DNA from: a virus
Lineage: Duplodnaviria; Caudoviricetes
Direction: 5' to 3' (one strand)
Length of the DNA: 64,000 nucleotides
IMG/VR virus record: IMGVR_UViG_3300013121_000017
Coordinates: 32,001-96,000 of that record
The notes under the pieces were generated by a model. It ran no database searches, had not been told where the DNA came from, and saw only the letters and a list, made by a program, of their open reading frames with translations. The translations under genes were made by a program, and so were the position numbers. The first letter of the stretch is position 1. Each line of letters begins with the position of its first letter. Positions 20,709 to 29,828 of the stretch are shown in pieces.

Positions 20709-21242
20709 ATGCACGATCATTTGAAAGCTGAGATTGAACTGATGGGCTACAAGGCCCAGGACATCAAGACCACCACACACGCAGAGCAAGACTTCCTCAT
20801 CATGACGCGGCTGATGAAAATCACCCGCAGTGATGACTTCACCGAGGAAGAGCTTCAATTCTACCAGACTGCTGCCGCCGTCGCTGCCGATGATCGGTAT
20901 GTCGTGGGCAGCCGCATCCTCACCAAAGACTTCTCTGAAGAAGAACTGAAGGATTACCAGTGGTCCGCAGAACACCCAACCGGGTCATGTCGCGGCTTCC
21001 GCCTAACGGAAGACCCCACCGAAGAAGAAGTCAAGGAATGGCAGGAAACAACTGAGTGGTTGAACAAACTGGATCTCGTAGCACTTCGCAAAAAGGTGGA
21101 GTTCGAGCGAGAGGAGCCGGAACCCGTTTTGCCGCAAGGTGAAGATCCCGATTACAACCCGCATAGCTGGGAAGGTGTTGTGGCCCAGTGTCCGCTGGGG
21201 ACCGATCCGTACCACCTCAGACCAGACAACTGGTGCTGGTAG
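20709..21242 (+). CDS. acidic hypothetical protein
   Basis: GGAGG SD; three repeats of DFTEEEL/DFSEEEL/DPTEEEV. Confidence 0.65.
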   Translation: MHDHLKAEIELMGYKAQDIKTTTHAEQDFLIMTRLMKITRSDDFTEEELQFYQTAAAVAADDRYVVGSRILTKDFSEEELKDYQWSAEHPTGSCRGFRLTEDPTEEEVKEWQETTEWLNKLDLVALRKKVEFEREEPEPVLPQGEDPDYNPHSWEGVVAQCPLGTDPYHLRPDNWCW

Positions 21243-21972
21243 GCCATCCGTCCAGGCATTCGAGGAGTTCGTCCTGTCGGGCGATGTATTCCCGGCCATC
21301 ACGACCCGGCAGGCAGCCGAGGCGGTTTGGCTGGGCGAGATCGCGCGACGACATGAATCCATGCCAGACGTAGGAGCCGCGCGGGCCGTTGCCCGACCGC
21401 CGGTTCTCCTCATCACGGATGTCGCCGGTCATCAATGACATGACGTGAATGCGGTTGAAGAATGTGTCGTTGTTCTTCCACGTTGCCAGCGTCAGCCGGC
21501 CCGAGGGGTACTCGGTCGTCTTCACGTCGATGATGCGGCCTTCAAGAGTATGATCGCCGTCGTCGTCCTTCACCTTGCGGGCTGCGACAAGAAACTGACC
21601 AGCGGGGTAGATGTTGAAGAGCTTGGCGAACGCCAGTTCACCGGCGAGGCCGTTCTGTTCGATGAACTTTTCTCGCTCAGTTCCTGGCTTGCTGTCCTGA
21701 ATCATGTTCTTCGCGCCGGCTGCCCGAGCCGCCTTGGTTCGCTCAGGACCAACGCGGAGGGCCAGGGCGATCTCGAAGCCGGAAAGCTGCACCCGACAGC
21801 CTTTGGTGGGCTTCTGGGCCTCCCTGTCGGCATTCCAGGGCAGACGGTCCATCGCCTTGTACGGGTAGAGGTTCTTCAGCTTGCAGTAGTTGATGTACTC
21901 GGAAATGGCCGTCCGGTCGGCGTCGTCACGAAGAATGGCCTGTTGTTCAACCACGAAAATCGAGTAGTCCAT
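21217..21972 (-). CDS. putative PD-(D/E)xK nuclease-fold protein
   Basis: GLAGELAF...DDGD...IDVKTT pattern; GGAGGTG SD. Confidence 0.5.
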   Translation of the reverse strand: MDYSIFVVEQQAILRDDADRTAISEYINYCKLKNLYPYKAMDRLPWNADREAQKPTKGCRVQLSGFEIALALRVGPERTKAARAAGAKNMIQDSKPGTEREKFIEQNGLAGELAFAKLFNIYPAGQFLVAARKVKDDDGDHTLEGRIIDVKTTEYPSGRLTLATWKNNDTFFNRIHVMSLMTGDIRDEENRRSGNGPRGSYVWHGFMSSRDLAQPNRLGCLPGRDGREYIARQDELLECLDGWPTSTSCLV

Positions 21973-22021
21973 ACGTCACCTCCGTATGTCATTCTACCCG
22001 TTTTCGCACGTCTTTACAATG

Positions 22022-22621
22022 TCAGTCGATTTTTCGCGCCTTGCTGAGGTACTGCGAATCACGTTCGTCACCATCTGGTTTCCAGATAATAATTCCGTAG
22101 TGGTCGTAGTCTTCGCCGTCTGCGTCTTGGTCGTACCACCGCTCATCGAACTCTTCGTAGGTGAGGTAGCCACGCCGACCCTTCAGAACCGGGTCTTCAA
22201 AAAAGATGGCCTCGTCGTCGTAACCTATTGCCACGACGTAATGTCCGCTCTGCCGCTTCTTGTAGTATTTCTTCGAGCCGTATGCCTGGATGGGAACGAT
22301 GACGGGCCGCTCAAGGTCGAGCATGTTCTTCAACTGTCGCACCGTCATGTTGTGTTTCTGTTTAACGCAAAGGCCGTAGTCTCTGGCGGTTGCGACGATG
22401 TCTTTGGGGCGAGTTCCGTCGTGGTAGTTGGTGTTCATCATCTTGATGAACTTCTCTTCTTCGTCGGGGCCGACCTTGAAGTATTGGAAAATGGATCTCA
22501 GCGCGGCAGCCCCACAAGAATACTTGGTGGTTTGCCGCACACTTTGGAGCGGAACCTTGATGCTGTCTAGGATTTCCCGCTTCTCCATGATGATCCACAG
22601 CTTGAACGACGGAACTCTCAT
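22022..22621 (-). CDS. peptidase C39-like cysteine protease with capsid-targeting-like leader
   Basis: QTTKYSCGAAAL, GHYVVAIGYD, EDP catalytic set; starts MRVPSFKLWIIME 5 nt after TAAATA. Confidence 0.8.
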   Translation of the reverse strand: MRVPSFKLWIIMEKREILDSIKVPLQSVRQTTKYSCGAAALRSIFQYFKVGPDEEEKFIKMMNTNYHDGTRPKDIVATARDYGLCVKQKHNMTVRQLKNMLDLERPVIVPIQAYGSKKYYKKRQSGHYVVAIGYDDEAIFFEDPVLKGRRGYLTYEEFDERWYDQDADGEDYDHYGIIIWKPDGDERDSQYLSKARKID

Positions 22622-22634
22622 GGGGGTATTTAGG

Positions 22635-22865
22635 TCACCTCTTGGCCATCTTGGATGGGGCCGGGGCCGCAGCCCCTCCACCAGCGGCTCCACCGCCACT
22701 GGCACACGGACCCATCGTTCCCGAGCAACCTTTGTTGTCCTTCTTGTAGCTTTTGCCGAAACGGTCTTCTGCACTCTTCTGGGGCGTGCGGGTATACGGA
22801 TGGCCTGGGCAGCCCATCGTTCCGCACGATTCTTCCGTTTTCAGCCAGTCTTTGAAGTCACCCAT
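22635..22865 (-). CDS. small protein with capsid-targeting-like leader
   Basis: MGDFKDWLKTEE; TACATA 5 nt upstream; duplicated C-(S)-GTMG-(P)-C motif. Confidence 0.65.
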   Translation of the reverse strand: MGDFKDWLKTEESCGTMGCPGHPYTRTPQKSAEDRFGKSYKKDNKGCSGTMGPCASGGGAAGGGAAAPAPSKMAKR

Positions 22866-22889
22866 ACCGATATGTAGCCGTCAAAAGCA

Positions 22890-22917
22890 AAAGACCCGCA
22901 CTGTTGTGCGGGTCTTT
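22890..22917. terminator. intrinsic terminator hairpin
   Basis: AAAGACCCGCAC-tgtt-GTGCGGGTCTTT. Confidence 0.75.
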
Positions 22918-22919
22918 CG

Positions 22920-23130
22920 TTACCAGTCCCATTCGTCGTCCAGGGTTCTGAATACCCGGCGTGGGAACTTTAGAATGACTGGTTCTGGCTCGTAGCCTCC
23001 TGGGTCGAGGACCACAGGGGTTTGAGTCAACGGCACATGTGGTGCATAGATGTAGCCCGCATCGCGGAAGTCTTGGGCCGTGACGCCGTGGAGGATTCCT
23101 TTGTACGTCGGGAGGCTTGCAAGCACTTGA
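22920..23130 (-). CDS. short ORF carrying a major-capsid (gp23)-like motif; start uncertain
   Basis: YKG...DAGYIYAPHVPLTQTPVVLDP. Confidence 0.45.
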
Positions 23131-23407
23131 TTGCCAGCATCTGCTGCCACGGAATCTTGCTCTCGGCCACCACAAGAATCAGCATCGCGCACATCTTGCC
23201 GTCCACCACCGCCATCATGTTCAGAAAAATCCAGGGCCACAGTTGTCCGTGTTCCTCTCGGTTGTAGAGCTTGAGCAGTTGTGGTCCCACTTCCAGGCAT
23301 GTTGAGTAGATGTCCCGTCTGACGGGCTTTGGGAAGAAGTTGCAGGCGATTTTCTTGGCTGCCCGTCGCAGAGTCTTCTGCTGCAACCACACGTTATCGG
23401 TATTCAT
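23027..23407 (-). CDS. hypothetical protein
   Basis: GGAGG SD before MNTDNVW. Confidence 0.55.
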   Translation of the reverse strand: MNTDNVWLQQKTLRRAAKKIACNFFPKPVRRDIYSTCLEVGPQLLKLYNREEHGQLWPWIFLNMMAVVDGKMCAMLILVVAESKIPWQQMLAIKCLQASRRTKESSTASRPKTSAMRATSMHHMCR

Positions 23408-23565
23408 TGCTGCCTCCGTTGTAGTGACCTCGGACCTCAACGGAGCAGACTCCGTCACTGTCGGTCGGTCGATTTTCCTTGGTATCTAGGGTCCATGAAT
23501 CTCTGGACACTCCTTGGGTGAGAAAAGCCCCTTCACTGGCATAATAAGAACGATGACGGCCCCCG

Positions 23566-24102
23566 TCAATGTCTAGTCAAAATTGCTTCTGAATAGATGA
23601 AGGTCAGGTCGAAACCCAGGACGGCGTTCTTAGAGGGAGCGATCTGCATGCTTGTCACCCTCCAGTCCTTCAACACCCACGTCCGGTCAGGGGTATCTAC
23701 GCCGAGCCAGTACGTCAATTCCGCAGTGGCGTGATGAACCATCTGAAGCTCTTCATGCTGGTCGATCAGCATAGATCCCACATTGTCGCCGTAGGCGAAG
23801 TAGGTGACCGTTACCGGCCTCCACGTCGGCCTGCCTCCGAACATGTAGCGACCGTTGGTCCCACCTAAGAGATCGACCATTTGAGCATGTTCGTCAAGGT
23901 TGGGTTCGACAGCGCACTCCACCCGCTCCTCGGGGATCAGCGACCACCCGTTGTGAAACACTTCCAGCGTCCAATAGCCATGTGGGATTGAGTACCGACG
24001 TGACTTGTCAGTTGACGGTTCGTACCCGAGATATTTGTTGATCCAGTTGTCATCCTTGGAGGAGATGATGTTCATCTTCTCCAGCACTTTGTCTTCACCC
24101 AT
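23566..24102 (-). CDS. divergent T4 gp19 tail-tube-like protein
   Basis: GRPTWRPVTVTY...TWVLKDWRVTSM...FDLTFIYSEA resembles the gp19 pattern. Confidence 0.5.
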   Translation of the reverse strand: MGEDKVLEKMNIISSKDDNWINKYLGYEPSTDKSRRYSIPHGYWTLEVFHNGWSLIPEERVECAVEPNLDEHAQMVDLLGGTNGRYMFGGRPTWRPVTVTYFAYGDNVGSMLIDQHEELQMVHHATAELTYWLGVDTPDRTWVLKDWRVTSMQIAPSKNAVLGFDLTFIYSEAILTRH

Positions 24103-24121
24103 GTTCCCCCTTCATGAGCAA

Positions 24122-24682
24122 TTATAGATACTTGCGGACGCGGTAGGGGTTGCTCCGTTCCTGAAGGTACTTTGGAAAGCAAGGCGTGATGGCCTTCAGG
24201 AACCGCTGTGAGACTTCTGGGTCGAACACGACGATCTTCTTCTTGATCTGGCACGGGTAGTTGACTTCCTCAAACCATCGCTTGATGGTGTCGTGATCCT
24301 CAAGGTTGGCAACCCTGATATAAGCCTTGTTCCCACAGACGCCACCCTTGTCGAGGAACCAGACCGACAAGCCGATGTCCGAGAGTGTGTCAAGCCAAGG
24401 CATATTCACCTTCTTCTTGCACTCATTCTCGTCGTAACAAAGCTCACGAAAATCGTTCCACATCGGGTGCGAGCAGGACTCCCAGGTACGACCTTCCGTG
24501 TACGGATCGCGGGCGTATTCCTCAAGGTGCTTGCACTTGACGCGGAACCAGTTCAAATCGTCCGTGGCACGCATGTATAGAGAGTGATTCTTGCCCCGTG
24601 GATGCTTGCGACAACAAGACGTGCCGAGAAGCGTGCCGAGGATCACCTGTTTTTGGTAGCTGTGAAGTTGAAATGTACGCAT
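24122..24682 (-). CDS. degenerate LAGLIDADG-type endonuclease
   Basis: QVILGTLLGTS and LSDIGLSVWFLDKG match the LAGLIDADG_2 helices but lack canonical LLGDG/MDDG; TAGATA 5 nt upstream. Confidence 0.65.
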   Translation of the reverse strand: MRTFQLHSYQKQVILGTLLGTSCCRKHPRGKNHSLYMRATDDLNWFRVKCKHLEEYARDPYTEGRTWESCSHPMWNDFRELCYDENECKKKVNMPWLDTLSDIGLSVWFLDKGGVCGNKAYIRVANLEDHDTIKRWFEEVNYPCQIKKKIVVFDPEVSQRFLKAITPCFPKYLQERSNPYRVRKYL

Positions 24683-24801
24683 GAGGCTATCTAGTCAACC
24701 TCCGCGTATTACTCGCAAACAGCAGACCAAAGAAAAACCGGGGTGCATACCTATTCTCACAAGGCGAGGAATTCGCAGAGTTTCAAACAAGGAGGACTCA
24801 C

Positions 24802-25116
24802 ATGGGTGCTACTTCAGTAACAGGCAAGGGCTTGGGCAGCGCAGAAGGCATGAACAAGGGTACGAGCCGTATGACGCTCGGCACAGGCCATCTGATCGGC
24901 CCGCATATCGTGGCTGCTGGCAACTTCACGTTGACTGGTTCCACGGGTGCGGTCGAGATTCCGACTCTGCCGGGTGTGGTTGGCGATTACAGCTTCCACG
25001 TCACGGCTGACACGGCCAACGCTGTTCACGTCACGTCGAAGGCCGTCACTGGCTTCACGATCAACGGAACCAGCGGCCAAGTCGTAAGCTGGATGGTCGT
25101 CAAGAACGGCCTGTAA
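24802..25116 (+). CDS. small beta-rich putative virion (decoration/fibre) protein
   Basis: Strong AAGGAGG SD; G/T/V-rich, ends TGFTING...VSWMVV. Confidence 0.6.
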   Translation: MGATSVTGKGLGSAEGMNKGTSRMTLGTGHLIGPHIVAAGNFTLTGSTGAVEIPTLPGVVGDYSFHVTADTANAVHVTSKAVTGFTINGTSGQVVSWMVVKNGL

Positions 25117-25194
25117 CAAAACAACCGGCGAGGGTGTTCCTCGCCGGTCAGAAGGGTCGGCTCGCAAGAGCCGGGAAACGTCTCATCCTTTCGG

Positions 25195-25228
25195 TAAGCC
25201 TCGGGGTCGCTCCCGAGGCTTATTTTTT
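25195..25228 (+). terminator. intrinsic terminator
   Basis: TAAGCCTCGGG-gtcgct-CCCGAGGCTTA followed by TTTTTT. Confidence 0.8.
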
Positions 25229-25277
25229 GGATGTCCAGTATATACACTCGAACTTGATAATCTTGGAGGTTTGAGAC

Positions 25278-25694
25278 GTGCGTTTCGGAACTTGGCTGGA
25301 GGCTGTTGAGAGGTCACGCACCTTCTACCGTGGCTTCAACCCTGGTGACACCCGGCGAATCAAAACCGGATTTGGCCTCTGGGATTCGTTCTTGTTTGTC
25401 GCCGATAATCCAAAGAGTGCAAGTGCTTACGGCCACACCATCGAGGTCTGGCAGGCCAAACCATCGGCTCACATCGTTTACGAAGGTTCAAAAGAGTTCA
25501 GATCCCTGGCCAAGGGATTGACATCCAAGAAGCTGACCTGGGGCCAGTGGTGCGAAGAGATTGCCAAGCGTGCGGTCGCCGCCGGCAACATTGACGCCTT
25601 GTGGTTTCAGAGGCAGACCGACATCGGTACGGCCATCATCAACAAAGACCAATTCGAGCGTGTCGGTATCTTGGACGACATCAATCGTCTATGA
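25278..25694 (+). CDS. putative ADP-ribosyltransferase-fold protein with capsid-targeting-like leader
   Basis: MRFGTWLEAVE then FYRG...FLFVADNPKSASAYG; GGAGG SD. Confidence 0.5.
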   Translation: MRFGTWLEAVERSRTFYRGFNPGDTRRIKTGFGLWDSFLFVADNPKSASAYGHTIEVWQAKPSAHIVYEGSKEFRSLAKGLTSKKLTWGQWCEEIAKRAVAAGNIDALWFQRQTDIGTAIINKDQFERVGILDDINRL

Positions 25695-26250
25695 CAATCT
25701 TCTTGCTGGGAATCGTTTTGTCTAGTGAAGGTCGAGAGGCAGGACTTTTCTCTGCTTTCTCTGCTTTCTCTGCTTTTTCAGAGTTGATCTTGATCCGGTA
25801 GTAGTGAATCTGAATTCCGTCTTCAGGCACGTCAACAGTTCGGTTCAAAGAAACCATAGAACAAGACATCTGGTCGCGACCAAGACACTTGGCAAGAGTT
25901 GATACGGCTCGCCTCTCGCCAACGTCGTTCGCATTCTTGAAGGCACGCTTGAAGTCGCTCTTCTTTGTTTCCGCGTCAACAATCACGGGAACCTCAACGT
26001 AGTTCTCGCCGATCTCTTTGATGGAAAGATCGAAGCTTTTGCCACTGGTCGATTTGTAGCTCCCAGACTGCAAGTTGATCTGGTCTGCCTGCTTGTACAT
26101 CTTTGGCATGGTCGGCATGTCTTGTGCGTGTGCGTCCCCGCCCCCGCCAAACAATGAAGCCATACTCAACAAGCCTGCGCCTACAGAACTACGCCACCCT
26201 TCATCAAACTGTGGGTCGCGTTCTTTGAGCCATTCGTGAAATTGTTTCAT
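25681..26250 (-). CDS. protein with capsid-targeting-like leader followed by a hydrophobic helix
   Basis: MKQFHEWLKE...FDEGWRSSVGAGLLSMASLFGG...AHAQD. Confidence 0.65.
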   Translation of the reverse strand: MKQFHEWLKERDPQFDEGWRSSVGAGLLSMASLFGGGGDAHAQDMPTMPKMYKQADQINLQSGSYKSTSGKSFDLSIKEIGENYVEVPVIVDAETKKSDFKRAFKNANDVGERRAVSTLAKCLGRDQMSCSMVSLNRTVDVPEDGIQIHYYRIKINSEKAEKAEKAEKSPASRPSLDKTIPSKKIVIDD

Positions 26251-26262
26251 AAAATCACCGTG

Positions 26263-26796
26263 TTAGTTGACCACATTTGCATCTTGAAGTGCCTGGAATA
26301 GCTTGATGAGATGCTTGCACATCCCTGGCATCTCCAGCGGGTTGGCTTTCGGACCACCCTTGCCCTCGTACTTCTTTCGCTTGTTCCCATAAAGGGAAGC
26401 GTCCACCCAGTCGTAGTAGTTGAACCTCCACCGGAAATCGGCACAGTCACAGCGAACCATGACATCATGGCCGTCGTGCTTCAACTGCTCGAATGCGTAT
26501 TGTTTTTCATCGCTGGCAACGATCTCGACCATGCCCGCGCCGGGATCACCATACTTGACGCCCTTGAAGAGAATCATGGGTCGGTACTCAGTACCCTTGT
26601 CTGTGTTCTGGGCAAGGCTGGAGATGAAGAGGGTCTTGACGCCTAAATAAGGAACCCACTCCAAACGCACAATTTTGATCGGATCGGTTGCGTGCTGACG
26701 GTAGCGTGTGCGTGGGAAAGCTTGCACCGTGCTGGTGTACAGTTCGGTGCTGGTGCTTTCAGCCAGCCATTGGCCAAAGTGGAGTTGGTGGTTCAT
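26263..26796 (-). CDS. SWIM-type zinc-finger protein with capsid-targeting-like leader
   Basis: VRCDCADF...GMCKHL; starts MNHQLHFGQWLAE 5 nt after TAGATA. Confidence 0.7.
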   Translation of the reverse strand: MNHQLHFGQWLAESTSTELYTSTVQAFPRTRYRQHATDPIKIVRLEWVPYLGVKTLFISSLAQNTDKGTEYRPMILFKGVKYGDPGAGMVEIVASDEKQYAFEQLKHDGHDVMVRCDCADFRWRFNYYDWVDASLYGNKRKKYEGKGGPKANPLEMPGMCKHLIKLFQALQDANVVN

Positions 26797-26828
26797 CGAA
26801 ATATCTAGTGGCCGTGCTATCTTATGAC

Positions 26829-27362
26829 ATGAAAACACACAAAGAAAACAAGGACGCCGCGTCTGCTTTCATGAAGCGACGTAAGCTGGCGTTTTCCAAA
26901 TTCAAGGAAGAAACCGGATGCTTGAATCCGGGTTGTCTCTGGGATGGGCCATACGAGGCCGAACTTCTCGATTTCCACCATCTCGATCCAGAATCGAAAG
27001 TCGCCGGGATCACCGGCCTACGACATTACGGGAAGAAGCTTGCAAAAGAGATTGCCAAATGCACACTGCTGTGTGCGAACTGTCACAGGCTTCTACACCA
27101 CGGCAAATTGAAACTATCTTCTCTGCCTGCTTGCCAAGAATTCAAAACACCGCCGCGACCGGCGTTCGGCACTGTCGTGGGAAGTGGCTACAAGAGGGGC
27201 GTCCATTCTAAATACAGAGGAGTGACAAAGCACACGACCGGCAAATGGCAAGCTCTGGTCAAAGGAAAATACCTCGGCCTTTTCACAACCGAGGAAGAGG
27301 CCGCAGCAAAGTGCTTCAGCTACTGCCAGGATCTTGCAAGAAAGGACTCCATTAAGCCATGA
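26829..27362 (+). CDS. HNH endonuclease with AP2 DNA-binding domain
   Basis: LDFHHLDP...EIAKCTLLCANCHR; SKYRGV...KWQA...YLGLFTTEEEAA. Confidence 0.85.
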   Translation: MKTHKENKDAASAFMKRRKLAFSKFKEETGCLNPGCLWDGPYEAELLDFHHLDPESKVAGITGLRHYGKKLAKEIAKCTLLCANCHRLLHHGKLKLSSLPACQEFKTPPRPAFGTVVGSGYKRGVHSKYRGVTKHTTGKWQALVKGKYLGLFTTEEEAAAKCFSYCQDLARKDSIKP

Positions 27363-27688
27363 GCGAACTTCTCAACCCGGACGGCACTCCCGTCACCCCG
27401 ACACCACCACCCCTCGACGCCAAGGGAAACCCAAAGAAGCGGTTCGAGGTCAAGATGCGTATGCACCCAGGCGGCGAAATCGAGAAGGCGATCTTCATCG
27501 ACGGCGAGAAGCTGGACTGGTCCATTGACGTTTCCTCATACATGGAGGCGTGCAAGATGGGGCTACAGTTCAAGCTGGCCGTCCAGAAGGACATTGCCCA
27601 GCACTTTATCGATTCTTGCAGCGAGGTCGTCGGCAGACACCTAACTATCGAAGACATCAAAACGGCCATCAAGACTGGGTGGCTATAA
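27359..27688 (+). CDS. hypothetical protein
   Basis: ATGA coupling to the previous gene; intact ORF. Confidence 0.65.
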   Translation: MSELLNPDGTPVTPTPPPLDAKGNPKKRFEVKMRMHPGGEIEKAIFIDGEKLDWSIDVSSYMEACKMGLQFKLAVQKDIAQHFIDSCSEVVGRHLTIEDIKTAIKTGWL

Positions 27689-27706
27689 TGTAAGGGAGGC
27701 ACTCCT

Positions 27707-28996
27707 ATGCTTGACAAAATCCACCCGTCTCAGACGCTGGACATCATTCGCCGCCACACCATCGGCGACGGCTATCCCCTGGTAGTTGACACCAAGAACA
27801 GCCACATGTCATGGTTGGTTGACCACACCGGAAAACGATACTTGGATTGTGTCTCCCAATACGCCAGCCAACCCCTCGGCTGGAACCACCCGGCTCTCTC
27901 GCACATGGACGCTGAAGCAGTCCACGCCATCAAACACAAGATCGCCAACTCTGACTTCTACACCGCCGAGAAGGCGCGATTCATCCGTGACATTCACGAC
28001 ACACTTCAGGACTTCAAATACTTCTTCTTCGTTGAGGGCGGTACGCTCGCCGTCGAGAACGCCCTGAAAGTTGCCTTCGACTGGAAAGCTCAGAAGATGG
28101 GTTGTCACCCCGATGTGACGCCCGACATGGACATCATCCACCTCCAGCATGCTTTCCACGGCAGAGGCGGATACAGCCTGTCGTTGACCAACACCACGCC
28201 CGAGAAGACCCGCTGGTTCCCCAGATTCAACTGGACTCGCATTCCATCACCGGCCATCAATCGCAACCGCAATGATGAAGATGTCAAGACTGTCGAGGAC
28301 ATCGCTCTCGGCATGGCCTGGGAATCGATGACCAAAAAGAACGCCGCCGCCGTCATCATGGAACCAATCCAGGGCGAAGGTGGGGACAACCACTTCACCC
28401 CACGGTTCTTCCGTTCGCTCCGAGAGATGTGTGACGAGACGGACACCCTGCTGATCTTTGATGAGGTCCAGACCGGCCTCGGTCTGACCGGGAAAATGTG
28501 GGCTTACCAGCACTACGGCGTCACTCCCGACATCATCGTCTTCGCGAAGAAAACCCAGGTCGGCGGTATTGCCGCTACCAAACGGATTGACGACGTGGAC
28601 AACGTCTTCAAAGTCAGCAGCCGCATCAACAGCACCTGGGGCGGGAACATCGTGGACATGATCCGGTTCTCGGCCATCAAGAAAGCCATTGACAATTACA
28701 AGCTACTCGACCAAGTCAAAAGGGTCGGAGAAAAGCTGGTAGAGGATCTGAAGAAGTTGCCGGTGATTCAGAATGTGCGCGGCCTCGGGCTGATGATCGC
28801 ATTCGATCTGGAGGACGGTAACCAGCGGGACGAAGTGTTGGCCAAGATGGAAGATCATATCTTGGCATTGAAGTGTGGATCTCGGTCAATCCGACTCAGG
28901 CCGCATTTGTCGTTCGATGAAACCGACGCAGAGATTGCGTGCGGTTTCATCGAACGATCTGTCACATGTAACCGGCCTTCGGTTTTGGCGGCATGA
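27707..28996 (+). CDS. lat: L-lysine 6-transaminase (class III PLP aminotransferase)
   Basis: GTLAVENALKVAFDWK, AFHGRGGYSLSLTNT, EPIQGEGGDNHF, DEVQTG, FAKKTQ, RINSTWGG. Confidence 0.88.
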   Translation: MLDKIHPSQTLDIIRRHTIGDGYPLVVDTKNSHMSWLVDHTGKRYLDCVSQYASQPLGWNHPALSHMDAEAVHAIKHKIANSDFYTAEKARFIRDIHDTLQDFKYFFFVEGGTLAVENALKVAFDWKAQKMGCHPDVTPDMDIIHLQHAFHGRGGYSLSLTNTTPEKTRWFPRFNWTRIPSPAINRNRNDEDVKTVEDIALGMAWESMTKKNAAAVIMEPIQGEGGDNHFTPRFFRSLREMCDETDTLLIFDEVQTGLGLTGKMWAYQHYGVTPDIIVFAKKTQVGGIAATKRIDDVDNVFKVSSRINSTWGGNIVDMIRFSAIKKAIDNYKLLDQVKRVGEKLVEDLKKLPVIQNVRGLGLMIAFDLEDGNQRDEVLAKMEDHILALKCGSRSIRLRPHLSFDETDAEIACGFIERSVTCNRPSVLAA

Positions 28997-29828
28997 TGCT
29001 CTTCATGAAGGCGTCTTCTTCCTGAGCCTTCAGATCGTAGTATTCGTTGATCGCGTAGCCAATGTACGCACGCCAGTCGTGGTAGTGCTTGGCCCAGGCA
29101 AACTTCTTGTTGTCCTTGCCCGAATTGACGTACCGCTGAATCTCGTCGTGGGCCTGCTGCCAGTGGGCCTTCTTATCCCACCAATCATGGCTGTGAAGGT
29201 TGTCGCCCTTCGAGGCATCTCCACGCTTGTGCGCCATTTCCTTTTGTTTCCCGATGTGGGCGGCACGCATGGCGACCCACTTGTCCCACTCAGGCGTACC
29301 TTCCTGCGGTAGCGACTTCAGCCATGCGGCATGTTCGTCGTCAACGGCTGGATGGTCATCAGAGTGGGTGGTCGGCCTGTTGGCACTGACCACGCCAGGA
29401 GGCGTCTCACGTCTCAACTGCCGGCGGCTCTTGCCAAGATCGGCGATAGACTGGGATACATCCTCTTTGGAGATCTGGTCGATAATCTCTTCCAGGGCGG
29501 TGAGGTGATGTTCCATCGCACTCATCCGCTCGTCAATCGCATCGAACTTCTTGCCGTAGATCTCACGCAGGATGTTGCGAAGCGTAGTCGTCACGTCGGC
29601 ATTTCCAGTTTTCTGGACACCGAGATGCTGCGGTTCAGCAAGTGCTTTCTTGAAGTCGCGGAACAGGTGCAGAATATCTTGACCGGGCTTGGCTATCGCG
29701 GAGAGAAAGCTCTCCATCAGCTTGACGCCCTTCTGGTGAAACTCCGCTGCTTTGCCTGTTTCGTGGACGTAAGAACGCACACTGACCGCCTCGTTGACGG
29801 GATACAGGGTGAAGTTCTTTCTCATCAC
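28962..29828 (-). CDS. hypothetical protein (possible internal virion protein)
   Basis: Translationally coupled to 29825-30868; helical and charged. Confidence 0.6.
   Translation of the reverse strand: MMRKNFTLYPVNEAVSVRSYVHETGKAAEFHQKGVKLMESFLSAIAKPGQDILHLFRDFKKALAEPQHLGVQKTGNADVTTTLRNILREIYGKKFDAIDERMSAMEHHLTALEEIIDQISKEDVSQSIADLGKSRRQLRRETPPGVVSANRPTTHSDDHPAVDDEHAAWLKSLPQEGTPEWDKWVAMRAAHIGKQKEMAHKRGDASKGDNLHSHDWWDKKAHWQQAHDEIQRYVNSGKDNKKFAWAKHYHDWRAYIGYAINEYYDLKAQEEDAFMKSIMPPKPKAGYM

Noticed and set aside
25124-25195. Hammerhead ribozyme or tRNA
   Set aside because: No CUGANGA core and no T-loop or cloverleaf on either strand
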